Of a stretch of 54,200 bases of DNA, positions 7,874 to 19,940 are shown piece by piece. The DNA comes from a virus. Taxonomy: Duplodnaviria; Caudoviricetes. Location of the stretch: positions 1 to 54,200 of the IMG/VR virus record IMGVR_UViG_3300036844_000041; one strand, written 5' to 3'. Position numbers and translations under genes: made by a program. Under the pieces are notes generated by a model. That model saw only the letters and a list, made by a program, of their open reading frames with translations, was not told the origin of the DNA and searched no databases. The first letter of the stretch is position 1, and every line of letters begins with the position of its first letter.

Positions 7874-10800
7874 CGTCTCCTCCTCCGGTCGCGGCGGTTC
7901 ATCGGCTCCCCAATCGCCCGCTGCATCGCCGCGTGGTCGCCGCGCTCGCCCTTGACCCGCACCGGGGGCACGTCGCAGCCCGGTTCCCACTTCGGGCCGA
8001 CCAGCCGCCAACGACAGCCCGGCATCCCACCGGACAGGACGACCGGCTTTCGGCAGCGACACTGCGCACCGGAAAGCAGCCGCTCCGACAACGCCATTGC
8101 GGCGGCCGAGGGCGAGCGGTGCTCGTCGGTCTGGATCCGGGCGCCCCGGTAGAACGCGACCGCGTACCAGCCGGCCTCCTCGACTGGGACGTCATCGCGC
8201 ATGAACCCGATCTCGAAGTCGGACGCGCCGCAGCGGCCGACCAGATCCACGCAAGCGATCACCGCGTCCTCGTTGAAGTCCATCACCTGTTCCTCCTCCG
8301 GTTGCGGCGCCTCCGGTACGCCGCGTGCATCGCGCTCGCCCGCCGCATCCCGGCACGCTCACTGCTGGACAGGTAGACGTCGGGCGGCACGATGTAGGCG
8401 TGGTGGGAGCGGTCGAGCGGCACCCAGCCCGATGCTGGCCGCGCCGGCGCTGAAACGATGTGCCGGTAGCGCCGGCGGCTCACACCCCGGATCCGCACCA
8501 AGCGGCCCATCACGCTCACCGTCGCCACGGTGCCCACCACCTCCGGGGACGCGCCGGACGCGGCCCCGGCGGCATGCACTCATCCCGCCACGGCGCACAC
8601 GCGCGCTCGTGGACCACACACCACGGCTCCGGATAGTCGGAGGCGGACCGCCATGTCGCGGCGAACGCCGGGCTCCGCTCGATCTCCTCGGCGATGAATT
8701 GATCAAGGTCGTCCGGGCCGTCCGTCTCCTCTTCGCGCGGCTCCGGGTACCGGCAGACCACCCGGTCACCGTCCCGAAGCTCCCACGTGCCGGGCGGACG
8801 GCTGTTGTCCACGCACACCGGTAGACCGAACAGGGCGTCAACACCGCGCCACGGTGGCCGCGCCCGCGGCTCGACGGCCGCCATCCTCAGCGCTTCGACC
8901 ACGCCGGGCGCCGCATGGACCCGGTCGCCCTCACGCCGCGGCGGCAGGGACGCGGCCAGCTCACGCACGCACGCCATCACGTCCTCACCGGTCGGCGCCG
9001 TGACCGTGAGGGGAGCGCTCCCGTCCATCATCTCGGCGAGCGTGATGCCGATCGGGTCACACACGTGCTCCTCGCCGGCCCGGTGCGGCACTGAGCATCG
9101 CTGGCACGACAGCCAGGTACACGCGGGAGGCTGGTCCACGAGCGGCACACCCCGGGGGTCACACCGTGGATGCTCCACCCGCCGGCGTGCGGCAGCCTCG
9201 TCCTCCGCCGCGTATTCAGCGGACCGGTCCGGGAGCTGCTCCGGCATCCGCCGGCGGCTGTGCGTCGACCCGGTCCACCGCTCAAAGCACGATTGGGCCA
9301 CGAAGCATCGCCCCTCACGCGGTCTGCCGCCGCAGCCGCACAGGCACAGACGGGTCTGCTCGTGCGCCTCGGCGGCCGCGTCTATCGCCTTGAGGATGTC
9401 GGTCACGCCGACTCCCGAGCGGTCAGCCGAATCAGAGCGTCGGCGAGGAAGCCGAACACGGCGGCGTCCGCCTGTTGGTCGCCGACGGTCTCGTACACGA
9501 CGTCGACCGCATGGAGCGCCGCCGCCTCGAACAACTCATGCCCGACGAGCCCATCCATTCGCGACCCTTCGACGAGCACCAGAAGGCGCGTCATGGCCTC
9601 ACGGACGTTCGTCATGTTCTGGTCGGCCGCCGCGATCTGGGCCGGCGTGCGCTTACTGGCCATCGGTGGGTCTCCTTTCACTGGTCGGGATCCACTCCCA
9701 TGCCCCGGCCCGGAACCGGATCGTGGCCGGGCGGTTCCCGGTGTCGTGCCGGCAGGCGAGGGTGACCCCCTCCATACCGGGCTGGTCGTGCTCCCGGATC
9801 GTCTGGATACAGCACCGCATCAACCCGCCGATGCGGATCGGCTCACCGGCCATCGGTGGGGGCTCCCCTCGGTGCTCGGCCCGGTGTAGACCGTGACGAC
9901 AATCTCGGTGCGCTCGACCGGCCTCTGTAGCTGCCACAGGACCAGCACGAGATGGTCTCCGCAGGTCCACGTCACCACGGCGTCCCCTCGGCGCTCCAAG
10001 CGCCAATCAGGGCGGGCGTTGCACTCCTGGCAGCGGTAGGCGGCGCTCACGGGCGAGTAATTGCGGTCGCGGTACCAGTCGGCCATCAGTCCGTGTCCTT
10101 GTCGTGGTCGGGGTTGAGTACCGAACCCATCCAGCGGGCGAGCCGCTCGCCGTCGGCATCCCCGCCCGCGAGCTTCGTTGCGCCGCACGCGTACGCCCAC
10201 GCGGACAGCTCGGCGAGCAACTGCTCTCCGTTGGCGCCGGCCAGCTCGCGCACCCGCTGGCGCATCACAGAGGCAGGGTGCGGGCGGGGCGCCTCCTGTA
10301 CGTGGGGGTCGACCGCGCAGTCGCCCGCCACTCGGGCAGCGATGCTGAGGCCGTCGACCTCAGCGCCGATGTATTGCTCCTGTTCGCGCCGGATCGCGTG
10401 CACGATGTCCCGGCGGGCTCGTTCGTACCCGGCCCGCTCGCCTGCGGCGAAACCGAGTTCGTAGCCGCTTGCGACCGCGAAATCGACCGCCGCGGCCTCG
10501 ACGCGCAGCGCATCCCGCTCCGCCTGCATCGCATCCTTCTCGGCCACCAGGTCGTGCCGGGCGGCCGACAGCTCCCGAATCCACTGCCGGGCACTGTCGA
10601 GATCGGTGACCGTGTCCCACAGGTCGGGGTCGTGTTCTGGCTCCCGGAGCGCTTTGAGCGCGTCGTTGACGCAGTGCCAGATCATCGCGTTCCGCTGCAC
10701 GGGTTCGGTCGGCAGGCCGTCACCGAGCGACGCGATCCGCGCGTACACGGCGTTGTAGGCCGGCTGGAGCTTGTGCGCCTCGCGTTTGGTCTCGTCGTCC

Positions 10801-11174
10801 ATCAGTCCTCGTTCTCCTCGCACGGCACCCACGGGCCGCTCAGCTTCGACCCGTCCGGGAACTCGGTGAACGCGCGCTGCTCCAGCGCGATGACGGCGAG
10901 GCTCGGGTCCTCCGCTACCGCGCGCGCCTGGACCTCATCGTTGGCCTTGTAGCGGTAGCCGTCCTCGAACCGGACACCCCACTGGGTGACGGTCTGACCG
11001 CTGGCCGGGAGGAGTCGTCCCTCCTTGGCCAGTGCGGACAGGAGCGCACGAGCAGCGTCCCGACATTCCCGCCGTATCATGTCGCAGGCAGGATCGTCGT
11101 CAATATCGAACGCGGTCAACCTGAAGCTCTTACAGAGGATGCGTGCGCCGCGCTCGACGTCCTCTTCGGTGTAC

Positions 11175-11615
11175 TCAGTCACGCCCGGCCCGCCTGTCGA
11201 TCGCTTCGATCCACGCCACGAGCACCGCGGCCGCCTGGACCAGCTCGGCGCGCAGCTTGACCGGGTCGTCCTCGACGAGTGCTTCGAAGACCTCTTCGAG
11301 CGCGATCAGCAGCCACGTCGCGCCGCGCGCCGGGATCTCCCCAATCGTCAGGTCCCCGTGGGCCAGCGCGACCACCTGGCCGTCCTCGCCGACCTCCACG
11401 CCGACGCCGGACAGGTAGGTGCTCCGGTACGTGGGGTTGACGGCGCGGTGCAGCGCGTCGCGGACCATCGCCAGCAATCGCGGCCCGCTCGCGCCCGCGA
11501 GTCCCCAGGTCGCGCCGGTGCCGTCGGGGTGGTTCTGCTCGCCCCACTTCTCGTCCTGGCGCCGCCGTTCGGCGGCCACCTCGTCGAGAGTCGGGCTGAT
11601 CTGCGACTCAGCCAT
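11175..11615 (-). CDS. MazG-like all-alpha nucleotide pyrophosphohydrolase
   Basis: AERRRQDEKWGEQNHPDGT ... LEEVFEA ... LRAELVQAAAVLVAWIEAIDRR. Confidence 0.65.
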   Translation of the reverse strand: MAESQISPTLDEVAAERRRQDEKWGEQNHPDGTGATWGLAGASGPRLLAMVRDALHRAVNPTYRSTYLSGVGVEVGEDGQVVALAHGDLTIGEIPARGATWLLIALEEVFEALVEDDPVKLRAELVQAAAVLVAWIEAIDRRAGRD

Positions 11616-12155
11616 GCCCGGCCTCCTTGATGCGTCCGAAGATGTGCGATCCCGGCTGGTGCGGGTCGGGCCGCAGGTACCGGTAGCGGTACTCCCCGGC
11701 CGTGTCGAGGGTGAGAGTGTCGCCGTCCCACACCGACCGGTCCACGGCCTCAAGGAGTTCCTGGGTCACCCGGATAACCGGGTCGGCGCGCTCCACCGTC
11801 AGGGTTCCGTCTTCGCCACGAAGCACGGTTGCGCCGCCGGGCTCCCCGCACCGACACGTCCCCTCGCACCTCTCGCCGAGCGCGTTCAGCGCGGCGGCGA
11901 CAGCCTTGGCCTGCTCCCAGCGAGCCTCAGCGGAGATCGAGGCGTCGTCATCGCCGATCAGCAGGTCGTCCAGCTCGTACAGGACATCGCCGGAGTGGCA
12001 GCTGCTGGGCCGCAGGCCGCCGACCGGGGCGGCTGTGCCGCGCACGACGGCGACCTCCACCTCTTCGTCGGGCTCGAAGTCGGCCACGTCGGATGAGCAC
12101 TGCCCGTACGCGTCGGACAGGACCGCGATCCACGGTCCGCGAAGGTGCGCGCCAA

Positions 12156-12485
12156 TCACGCCGGCACCTCCACATCGAACGTCCCGGCCCGGCACCCCGC
12201 GGCGAAGTGCTCCCGCTCGGCCGGGGTCAACCAAAGGATCGCCCGGCCGCCATCGGGGGTTTGTCCGACGAGCTTCCACCACCCGTCGCTGTCCTGGGTG
12301 AGGGCCGGGGTGTCGGCGTCGGTTTTGACGGCGTCGACGAGGTCCGCCCACGCCTGCCGGGTGAAGGCGAGCACGGTGTGACTGTCCAGGTTGGACAGGA
12401 TGATGTGGACGGCGCCGTCTTCGGCGAGGCGGGCTTCGAGGCAGGCACCCGAGTTGCACGCCCGGGTCCATTCACTGCTGAGCAT
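12156..12485 (-). CDS. DUF397-family protein (tandem-domain-like)
   Basis: WTRACNSGACLEA ... LAFTRQAWADLVDAVK, then a second LWLTPAEREHFAAGCRAGTFD unit. Confidence 0.6.
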   Translation of the reverse strand: MLSSEWTRACNSGACLEARLAEDGAVHIILSNLDSHTVLAFTRQAWADLVDAVKTDADTPALTQDSDGWWKLVGQTPDGGRAILWLTPAEREHFAAGCRAGTFDVEVPA

Positions 12486-12807
12486 CGGCTTCCTTCTGTA
12501 GCGCCATTTCGTGGCGGGAACGGTGGACGGTTTTGCGTGGCGGTCCGGTCCTGCGGGCGTAGTCCGCGGTCCCGCACGGCTGGCCGGGCGGTGCGGCACA
12601 TTCGGGGCAGTCGACCCGCCACGCTTTCGCATCCCGCTTCGGTGGCCTGATGACTGCGGCGGGCGCGGCCAGGCCCAGGACTTCGAGGAGGTCGGGAGCT
12701 ACCCGGGTGAGGTAGGACCGGGCGAGCACGCGGTCTTCTTCGCTACGGGCGGGTGCGGTCGCGATCGGGTCGAGACCCTGACTCGACCCGCCAGAGTTAC
12801 GCCCCAC
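12472..12807 (-). CDS. Zinc-finger DNA-binding phage protein
   Basis: VDCPECAAPPGQPC...HRSR motif. Confidence 0.55.
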   Translation of the reverse strand: MGRNSGGSSQGLDPIATAPARSEEDRVLARSYLTRVAPDLLEVLGLAAPAAVIRPPKRDAKAWRVDCPECAAPPGQPCGTADYARRTGPPRKTVHRSRHEMALQKEADAQQ

Positions 12808-12834
12808 GGGTTTCCTCCTCGGTGCGGTTCTTGA

Positions 12835-13344
12835 TCACGACACAACCCGCAGATGCTTACGGTTGGTCGGCGCGGTACCGCACGTCGCGCACGAGCCGGA
12901 GCCGTCATCGGCGAACGCGTGCGTTCCGGTCGGATTTCCTAGATCCCTTTTCTCTTCTCTACTTCCCTTGAGAGCGGAATCCGGTGCGTTTCCGGACGGA
13001 TTCCGGGCGGAATCCGTCTTACGCTTGCGGTCGGCCGCGCGCCGTTCCTCGATGACCGAGATGGCGTCGTTGTGGGAAAACCACGCCGCCACGAACCAGT
13101 CCTCGGTCTCCTCGTCCCACAGCACGAGCTCCAACTCGGCGAGGCGCTTCAGCTCGGCCTTCCACCTAGGGCGGTGGAGCCGGCCCACCTGTGCCTCGCT
13201 CAGCCGTCCGTCGGTGCCCAGGGCCTTGCACTTGAGCAGCATCGCGATGTACAGCAATGTCGGTCCGTCGCTGGCCGCGATGATCCGGTCGTCGTCGAGG
13301 AATCCGACGGTGAGCGGGATGTAGAGCTTCGGCTTACGGCCCAC
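12835..13344 (-). CDS. Putative replication initiator-like protein
   Basis: FLDDDRII...LLYIAML...TDGRL...L.ELELV..W...RRAADRKRK resembles actinophage replication-initiation N-termini. Confidence 0.45.
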   Translation of the reverse strand: MGRKPKLYIPLTVGFLDDDRIIAASDGPTLLYIAMLLKCKALGTDGRLSEAQVGRLHRPRWKAELKRLAELELVLWDEETEDWFVAAWFSHNDAISVIEERRAADRKRKTDSARNPSGNAPDSALKGSREEKRDLGNPTGTHAFADDGSGSCATCGTAPTNRKHLRVVS

Positions 13345-13825
13345 CGACCCTCGCCCCCTTCGCGCTGTTGCAGGACCGGCAAAGCACGCGGAGGTTGTCC
13401 TCGGTGTGTTGCCCGCCGAGCACCTGCGGATAGATGTGATCGAGGGTCAGATCCTCGGTGGCCCCACACAGCCGGCATCGTCGCCCGTCACGGGCGTAGA
13501 CGGCTCGCGCAATATCCGCGGGGACCTTGCTGGCCGGAATCACCACGCGGTAGGCGGGTTTGCCGTTGCGGCCGATCATCGGATTGAGGACCCGATACCC
13601 GACGTCGCCGGCCCACTCCCACAGCCCGACGCCGATCAGAATCGGCGTCAGCCTTCCGCGCGCATCAGTGAAGAGGGCCTCCTCGTGGGGATAGATGTCG
13701 CCACCGTTCCGCGTGATGTAGCCGACGCTCATCACCCAGAGCCCGAACGCCTCCGTTCCGGCCATCCAGACCTCGGGCGAGCTGTCGAGACCCTCGGCAA
13801 ACGCGATCAACGCCATGTCGGCCAT
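13334..13825 (-). CDS. HNH endonuclease
   Basis: VYARDGRRCRLCG..LTLDHIYPQVLGG..NLRVLCRSCNSAKG. Confidence 0.92.
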   Translation of the reverse strand: MADMALIAFAEGLDSSPEVWMAGTEAFGLWVMSVGYITRNGGDIYPHEEALFTDARGRLTPILIGVGLWEWAGDVGYRVLNPMIGRNGKPAYRVVIPASKVPADIARAVYARDGRRCRLCGATEDLTLDHIYPQVLGGQHTEDNLRVLCRSCNSAKGARVGGP

Positions 13826-14074
13826 CCCTCATCCCGCCAGTACGCCACTCAGCACACCCCTCGGTCATGGCTCAAGTGCGGCCTCCTCTCGGTCTTCTCG
13901 CTCCCCGACGATCCGTGCCGAGTCATCGGCTACCTCGGGTACCGCGTGTACTGGATGCTTCTTCGGCAGCGCACAGCACGTCCCGCCGAGCGGCTGCCCA
14001 CGCCAGTCCCATCCCTGCGCCGGGTCGGGCATGAACACATGCGTCCGCCGGCTACGGTCCATTGCTGCTCCCCG

Positions 14075-14503
14075 TCACGATGCCGCCTCCCCGTACCCCT
14101 CACCCCAAGCCGGCGCCCCGGCCGCGTCGTCCCATTCGATGACCCGCACCGGGATACCCGCCCGCTCCGCCAGCTCGGCGCACTGCGTAGCACCCCGGGA
14201 GTGGTCCCGGATGAACGCCAAGCAGATGTCCGCGCCCCGGTCGACCATCGCCTTGTTCCGCACGAACCCGGCCCGCTTCCCCAGCCCCGGCCAGTCCGCC
14301 GGATGCCGCTCGGCCTGGACGCCGTTGCGGCGGTGATGGCGGACCCAGGCGTCCGCGTGTGAGTCGGCGCCGGGCGCCGACCCGTGCACGATGACGATTT
14401 CGGTGTCGCCTTCGGCGACCGCGCTCCGCGCGATGGCGGACAGGCAGTACCAGACCGGTCCGGCGTCCGACCACGTCCGGGACCCGGTGACCAGGACCCT
14501 CAC
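14075..14503 (-). CDS. SLOG-family (DUF2493/YspA-related) protein
   Basis: RVLVTGSRTW ... IVHGSAPGAD ... HPADW ... AGFVRNKAM ... SRGA. Confidence 0.85.
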   Translation of the reverse strand: MRVLVTGSRTWSDAGPVWYCLSAIARSAVAEGDTEIVIVHGSAPGADSHADAWVRHHRRNGVQAERHPADWPGLGKRAGFVRNKAMVDRGADICLAFIRDHSRGATQCAELAERAGIPVRVIEWDDAAGAPAWGEGYGEAAS

Positions 14504-14973
14504 CAGAGCACACCTCCCCCATCGGTGAGCCACACCCACCGGTCCCGGTACCAGCAGCGCACCCCTTCCGTGTCCGCGCCCTCGCGGAGCACCCAGCCGA
14601 GGCCTTCCGCCTGCTTGCGGTTGCCGGTCGCGGTCTGCCACTCATGACAAGATCGACATCCGTGGAGTGCGTTGCTGAGCCGGTCGTGCTCAACCGCCGC
14701 CGCACCCTGCCGGCCACCGATCTTCGTCCCGATCCGGTGGCACGGGTCGACCGCCAGCCCGCGGCACACCCCGGGCACCTGCATCTCGCACAGGCCACCC
14801 GACCGTTCGGTGAGCAGCTGCACGAGCGTCTTCGTCGACCGCCGGCGCGGCTTGGCCTTCATCGCCTTCACGCGACGGATGGCCGTCGTCCGCTTCAACT
14901 CGGTGCGCTTCAGCGCGGCGGCGACGCGGGCGAGCGGGGTGCGGCGTAGCGGGGTCTTCCGTTGGAGGGTCAC
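14500..14973 (-). CDS. HNH-like nuclease
   Basis: RSGGLCE..C.G.AVDPCHR ... SNALHGCRSCHEW. Confidence 0.65.
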   Translation of the reverse strand: MTLQRKTPLRRTPLARVAAALKRTELKRTTAIRRVKAMKAKPRRRSTKTLVQLLTERSGGLCEMQVPGVCRGLAVDPCHRIGTKIGGRQGAAAVEHDRLSNALHGCRSCHEWQTATGNRKQAEGLGWVLREGADTEGVRCWYRDRWVWLTDGGGVLW

Positions 14974-15606
14974 GCCGCCACGCTCCCGTCGGCGAAAAGG
15001 TCGAGGACTTCCTGTACTGGCTCGGGCTCCAGATCGTCCGGCCACGCCGGCGTGAATCCGTCGTGCCGGTCGTCCTGGACGTGCGCGAACCAGCCGTCAC
15101 GGCACGCCCGGATCGTCTGGAAGCCGTCCCGAAGCACCTGGCACGCGGGCACTGGGCATACGAACGTCCACACCTCGCCGAGCTTCCGGCTACGCCTCAC
15201 CAGCGGAAGCCCGGCCGCGTACCGCTCGGCCAATTCCCGGGCGTTCTTCCGCCCATTGCGGCCCCAGCCGGGCCGGCTGATGTCCGCGATCAGGCGGTCC
15301 AGCACCGGACCGGCGTTGATCGCGCTGCGCAGGTCGAGGGTCACGGGGTATCACTCCTCACATCCGCCCGGTTGTGGTTGAGGTGACCCCACCGGTACGG
15401 GTGGGGTCGCGGTCGGCGGCCGGCGTGCGCGGCCGCGAGCTCCTTGTGGAGCCGCTCCACCTCGACCTCCAACGCCGAGCAGCGGACCTCACGAGCGCGG
15501 TACATGCCCCGCCAGAAGTCGATGCGGCGGTCCTTTTGGATGGCCTCACGGCGGAGTCGCGTCACCTCTTCGCGCAGGGCGCGGCGCGAGTGGAAGGGCC
15601 AGAGCT

Positions 15607-16575
15607 TCACCGGGGGTACTCGTTCCACTCGCGACCGTCCAGCTCGCGCCCGGCCGCCTTTTTGCCGACCCGCCGCACCGCATAGGAGCGGCGGCGCAAC
15701 GCGACCGGGAACGCCTCCAGGCCGGCCGCCGATACGCGGTGGACCGCGCCGCAGTCGGCGACGATGCTGTCCCCGGCCCGCGCGTCGATCGGTGCCAGCG
15801 GCGCCCACTCTCCCCATTGCTTCATGAAGTACGGCACTCTCGCGCTGACGCATTGGTCGCGGAGTCCGCGCGCCCAGTCCGGATGCATCGGCCGGGCGCC
15901 CGGACCGGACTCGCCGCCGACCACCACCCATGACAGCCCGGGCCGGTCAGCGGTGCCGCACCCGCAGTCCATCGGCTTCTCCAGCCACCGCGACACGTCG
16001 ACCGGGCCGAGCAGCGGCTCAGCCGAGATCCAGCGGACGGCAGCAGGCGTGTCGACCAGAGCGGGGATGCGGATGTCCGCCCACTGCTGGTTCTCGACGG
16101 ACACGCCGAGCCCGACGTTCGGAAGCGGCCACCGTCCATGGGAGACATCGACAGGGACGGAGCACGGCTCGTCGTCCGGGCACTTGCACCCGCCGGCGGC
16201 GTGGTCGGTCCAGCGCTGGAGCAGCGACCGCATGCGGCCGTGGCGCTTCGTGAGCACCTGGAAGGTATGCCAGGACGCGCAGCCCATGCGGGTGAACACC
16301 TCGCCGATGAAGGTGTCTGGCACAGCCTCGTGGAACAGATCGGACATGCTGTTGACGAAGATCCGGCGCGGCCGGCGCCAGTGCAGCGGCTGATCGAGCC
16401 GCTCGGGCCGGAGCACCACATCGAAGCCCTGCTCGAAGTGATGCCCCGCCACGCCCCGGAACCGCTCGGCGAACGTCTCCGCATAGCAGTGGTCACACCC
16501 AGGGGAAACCTTGGAGCAGCCGGTGACCGGATTCCAGGTCGCGTCCGTCCACTCAATCTTGCTGTCGTCGCTCAC
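15607..16575 (-). CDS. Phage Gp37/Gp68 (DUF5131) family protein
   Basis: SKIEWTDATWNPVTGCSKVSPGCDHCYAE ... IFVNSMSDLFH ... WVVVGGESGPGARPM ... KQWGEW. Confidence 0.93.
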   Translation of the reverse strand: MSDDSKIEWTDATWNPVTGCSKVSPGCDHCYAETFAERFRGVAGHHFEQGFDVVLRPERLDQPLHWRRPRRIFVNSMSDLFHEAVPDTFIGEVFTRMGCASWHTFQVLTKRHGRMRSLLQRWTDHAAGGCKCPDDEPCSVPVDVSHGRWPLPNVGLGVSVENQQWADIRIPALVDTPAAVRWISAEPLLGPVDVSRWLEKPMDCGCGTADRPGLSWVVVGGESGPGARPMHPDWARGLRDQCVSARVPYFMKQWGEWAPLAPIDARAGDSIVADCGAVHRVSAAGLEAFPVALRRRSYAVRRVGKKAAGRELDGREWNEYPR

Positions 16576-17135
16576 TTGGACTCCCCGATGTAGCGGGCGT
16601 ACACCGTGTATCCGTGCTCAGTCGTCCGGGTGCAGGCATCGAACGAGCCCGCCGGGCGGAACGCCGCCAGCGATGCCCGCTTGATCTGGGCACCCATCCC
16701 GCCGGCGTAGCTGAACGACTCGTGATCCAACACGACGGCCCACACGTATGGCCTCTCGCGCAGCTGCTCGGCGACCTTCCGCCAGTGGTCCGAGCGGAGC
16801 ACACCTCTGACCCCGTGCCTCCTCGGCGGTGGCTCCTCCCACCGGATCACGCTCACCGGACACCGTCCCGAGCCCACGCCGCACGCTGCTCCGAGGTCGG
16901 CTCGATGTAGTACCGGACACCGTGCGGGCACGTGAAGCACTCGGTCCAGACGCTGAAGACCAGCGGCGGCGCGGTGCTCACCGTGATCTCGCAGCCGAAC
17001 TCAGCCATGCCGTCGCGGAGGACGTCGGCGCAGCCGATGCAGTCGCTCATCGGGTCTCCCGTGAGGGTGGAGGGATAGGGCGGGAGATCGGCGGGCGGGG
17101 TTTGCGGGTCTTCGGCTGGGCCGGTGGGCGGCGGC

Positions 17136-17513
17136 TCACGACGCGCTCGCCGGAACGACTTGGAGCCGGCCGCCGACCTCGGCCACTTTCGACGCGAGCT
17201 TCTCCCGGCGCCGCTTCCACCGGTCGTCGTCGTCTTCGTCCTCGCGGTACACCCACCACAGCACGAGGTTCACCGCGAACACGGCCCCGCTCAGCACGTC
17301 CCCGTCACCGGCCGGGAAGTCCAGCGCTGACGTGAGGACGACCGAGGGCAGCGCGAACGGCTTCAGCTCCCGACGCAACCAGAGCGCGATCGGCCGCTCG
17401 GCGCCCGGCTGCAGGATCCGACTGATCCGCAGCCACTGCGACGGGAACAGGTACAACCACCACGCCCACATCGCCACGAAGTCGAGCAGCGTCAGGGCAT
17501 CCGTGCGGCTCAC
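17136..17513 (-). CDS. Membrane protein
   Basis: Several hydrophobic segments followed by a DEDDDD-RWKRRR tail. Confidence 0.55.
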   Translation of the reverse strand: MSRTDALTLLDFVAMWAWWLYLFPSQWLRISRILQPGAERPIALWLRRELKPFALPSVVLTSALDFPAGDGDVLSGAVFAVNLVLWWVYREDEDDDDRWKRRREKLASKVAEVGGRLQVVPASAS

Positions 17514-19940
17514 GCGACCACATCCTTCGGCGCACCGGAGTAGATGTCGTATCCGTCATCGGCGAGGTCGAGCCACAGCCACAGCTCGTGCTCCATGAGC
17601 GCGGCGTCGACCAGCGCCCCGGCGACAACCGGCGGCACCTCCATCGCCACCGTGTCCGCGTGCTCGTCCACCGGATCGGGTCTGTCGTCGTCGAGCGCCG
17701 AGTAGTGCCGCATCGCCCACAGGATCCCGGCCACGCACGCCCCGCCGAGGCCGCCGAGCACGAGCATGCCGAGCAGGTTCGCGATCACGTCCGGCTCCCC
17801 TCGGCCAGCACCCGATACCCGTCGCCGGTCAAGCGGTAGAACGCCTCGACCGGCTCGACCCAGCCGGCGCGGCGCATCTCCTCAATAGCGGCGGTCACCT
17901 TCCGGCGCCCGCCCTCACCGTCCAGGAGCCATGTCGCCCCGTCGGTCTCCTCGGTGATCCCCTCGATGACGTTGCCGGCGAGGACCTCGTGCAGCAAATC
18001 GAGGCGAGTTGGGGTTGGGTAGAGGCTCATGACAGGCTCGCCGGGTCGATGACGTGCAGCTTCAAGCCGCCGAGTAGGCACGGCTCGCAGCAGTGGTCTC
18101 CCTCGGCCGCGCAGTAGAAGTCATCCTGCGGCGTGCAGACGTAGTCCCGTCCGCACCGGTCACAGTGGACGTTCTGCCACGGCTTCGGCGTACAGTTCTC
18201 GTGGCTCACCGCGCCCCTCCGATCGCGGCGCGCAGCTCGGCGAGCGAGATCTCATCAGCGGTCGTCAGCGTCCGCCGCTCCGCGTAGTCCGCCTCCCATG
18301 ACGAGTTCGCCCGCCGCCACCGCGCCGTGTACGACACCGTGCCGCCGGGAAGGAGGCGCAGCATCCACCCGCCGCTGTCGTCCGGGCCAGCCTCGACCCG
18401 CCAGCCGGCCGACAGCGCATCGTGGACGATCCGCTTCGCGTGGGTCGGGTAGCCGATCATGCCGGCATCCCGTTCGGGAACATCAGCATCCCGTCGCGTG
18501 GCCCGTACTCACACCCGAGACACGAGCAGCAGCACTCACAGTGGACACAGTCGTCGTGGTCGGAGCAGTCCCCGGCCGCGCACGCGTCGTCGTCCATGTC
18601 GTGGGTGTGGTGGTAGCAGTGGTCGTCGCTCACAGGCTCTCCCCAGTGTCGATAGTGGACTCGGCCGCGTACCGGAGTTTCGCCGCCCGGGCGGCCTTCT
18701 TCTCCAGCCGCCGGCTCTGCTTCGCCGTCAGCGCGCCCCGGCCGGTCTGGTCCAGGTAGCCCTGAGCCCGGATCGCCGCGGCCTTCGGCTGCACGGCCCA
18801 GCGGTCGACGGGAGGCTTCGGCGGCGGGCCGTGGCGCCGGCCGGGCTGGCGGCCATGGCTCGCCCGGTACTTGGCGATCGTCCGGAGCAGGTACACCATC
18901 GTGTTGATCACTGGCCGTGTCACGTCCCTATCACCACCAGGGCGATAGCCACGAGGATCACGACGATGCATACGAACTGCACGAAGCCTTTCACCGGTCA
19001 CCCTTTCTCGGCCACTCGTGGGCCGTCTCATAGTCGATGCCCTCGGCGAGACGCTCCGGGTCTGCGTGGTGTCCGCCGGCCCACTGTGGCCAATCCGAAG
19101 TCCTATGTGGAGTGGCGGTCCAGACACCCGCCTCGTAGGTGATCGCGGGTCCGATGTACTCGTCAGGGCTCATGTCGCACCCTCCGCAGGGTCTCCCAGA
19201 AGATCGGCCCGGTGATCTCAGTACCCGGTGGGACCGGCGCCCGGAGCGGGTCCGCGTGGAAGCGGGCGCCGAGCCGGCGCCGGGCCACCCGCCGGGGCCG
19301 CTGCACGGGTGGCACGCGTGGGATCTCCCCGGTGCGCTGCTCCTCCACCATGTCGTGGACCCGGCCGGCGTGAATGCCATCGAGGAGCGCTGACGCCGGG
19401 ACGCCTTGGGCGTGGCGGCCGTGGACGGCTGCCCGGTGCCACGCCCGCCAGCTGGCCGCGACGGCGCACAGGATCAGCACCTCAGGAACCATCGGACGCC
19501 TCCGCGCAGCACGATGCGACATAGCCGGGGGCGGCCGGGTCGTAGCGCAGTCGGGTGCCAGCCTCGAAGGGCTCCTCGCAATCGATGCAGCGTCCCGCGA
19601 ACGCGGACGTGAACGTCCGCCCAAGCAAACGTTTCGGCGGGTCCGGGATACGCCGACAGTGCGCGCACTGCTCGACGATCAACTCGGTGACGTCACAGCG
19701 GTCAGGCATCAGCAACCTCCCGGATGTCGAATGTGGACGGGTCACGGTCCAACATGTCGGCAAGATCTGCCCGCGCGGCCTCGGCCCGGTACCGGGCGCT
19801 GTGCGTCTCGACCAGGCGGGAGCCGTCGTACAGCCCCCACGTCTTGCCCTCGGCCTCATCCCGCTCGAAGTCGTCCAAGATGGACTGCACGTAGCCCGAC
19901 TCGTCGCCTTGGAGCATCCAGTCCAAGAGGCCGCCCTTAC

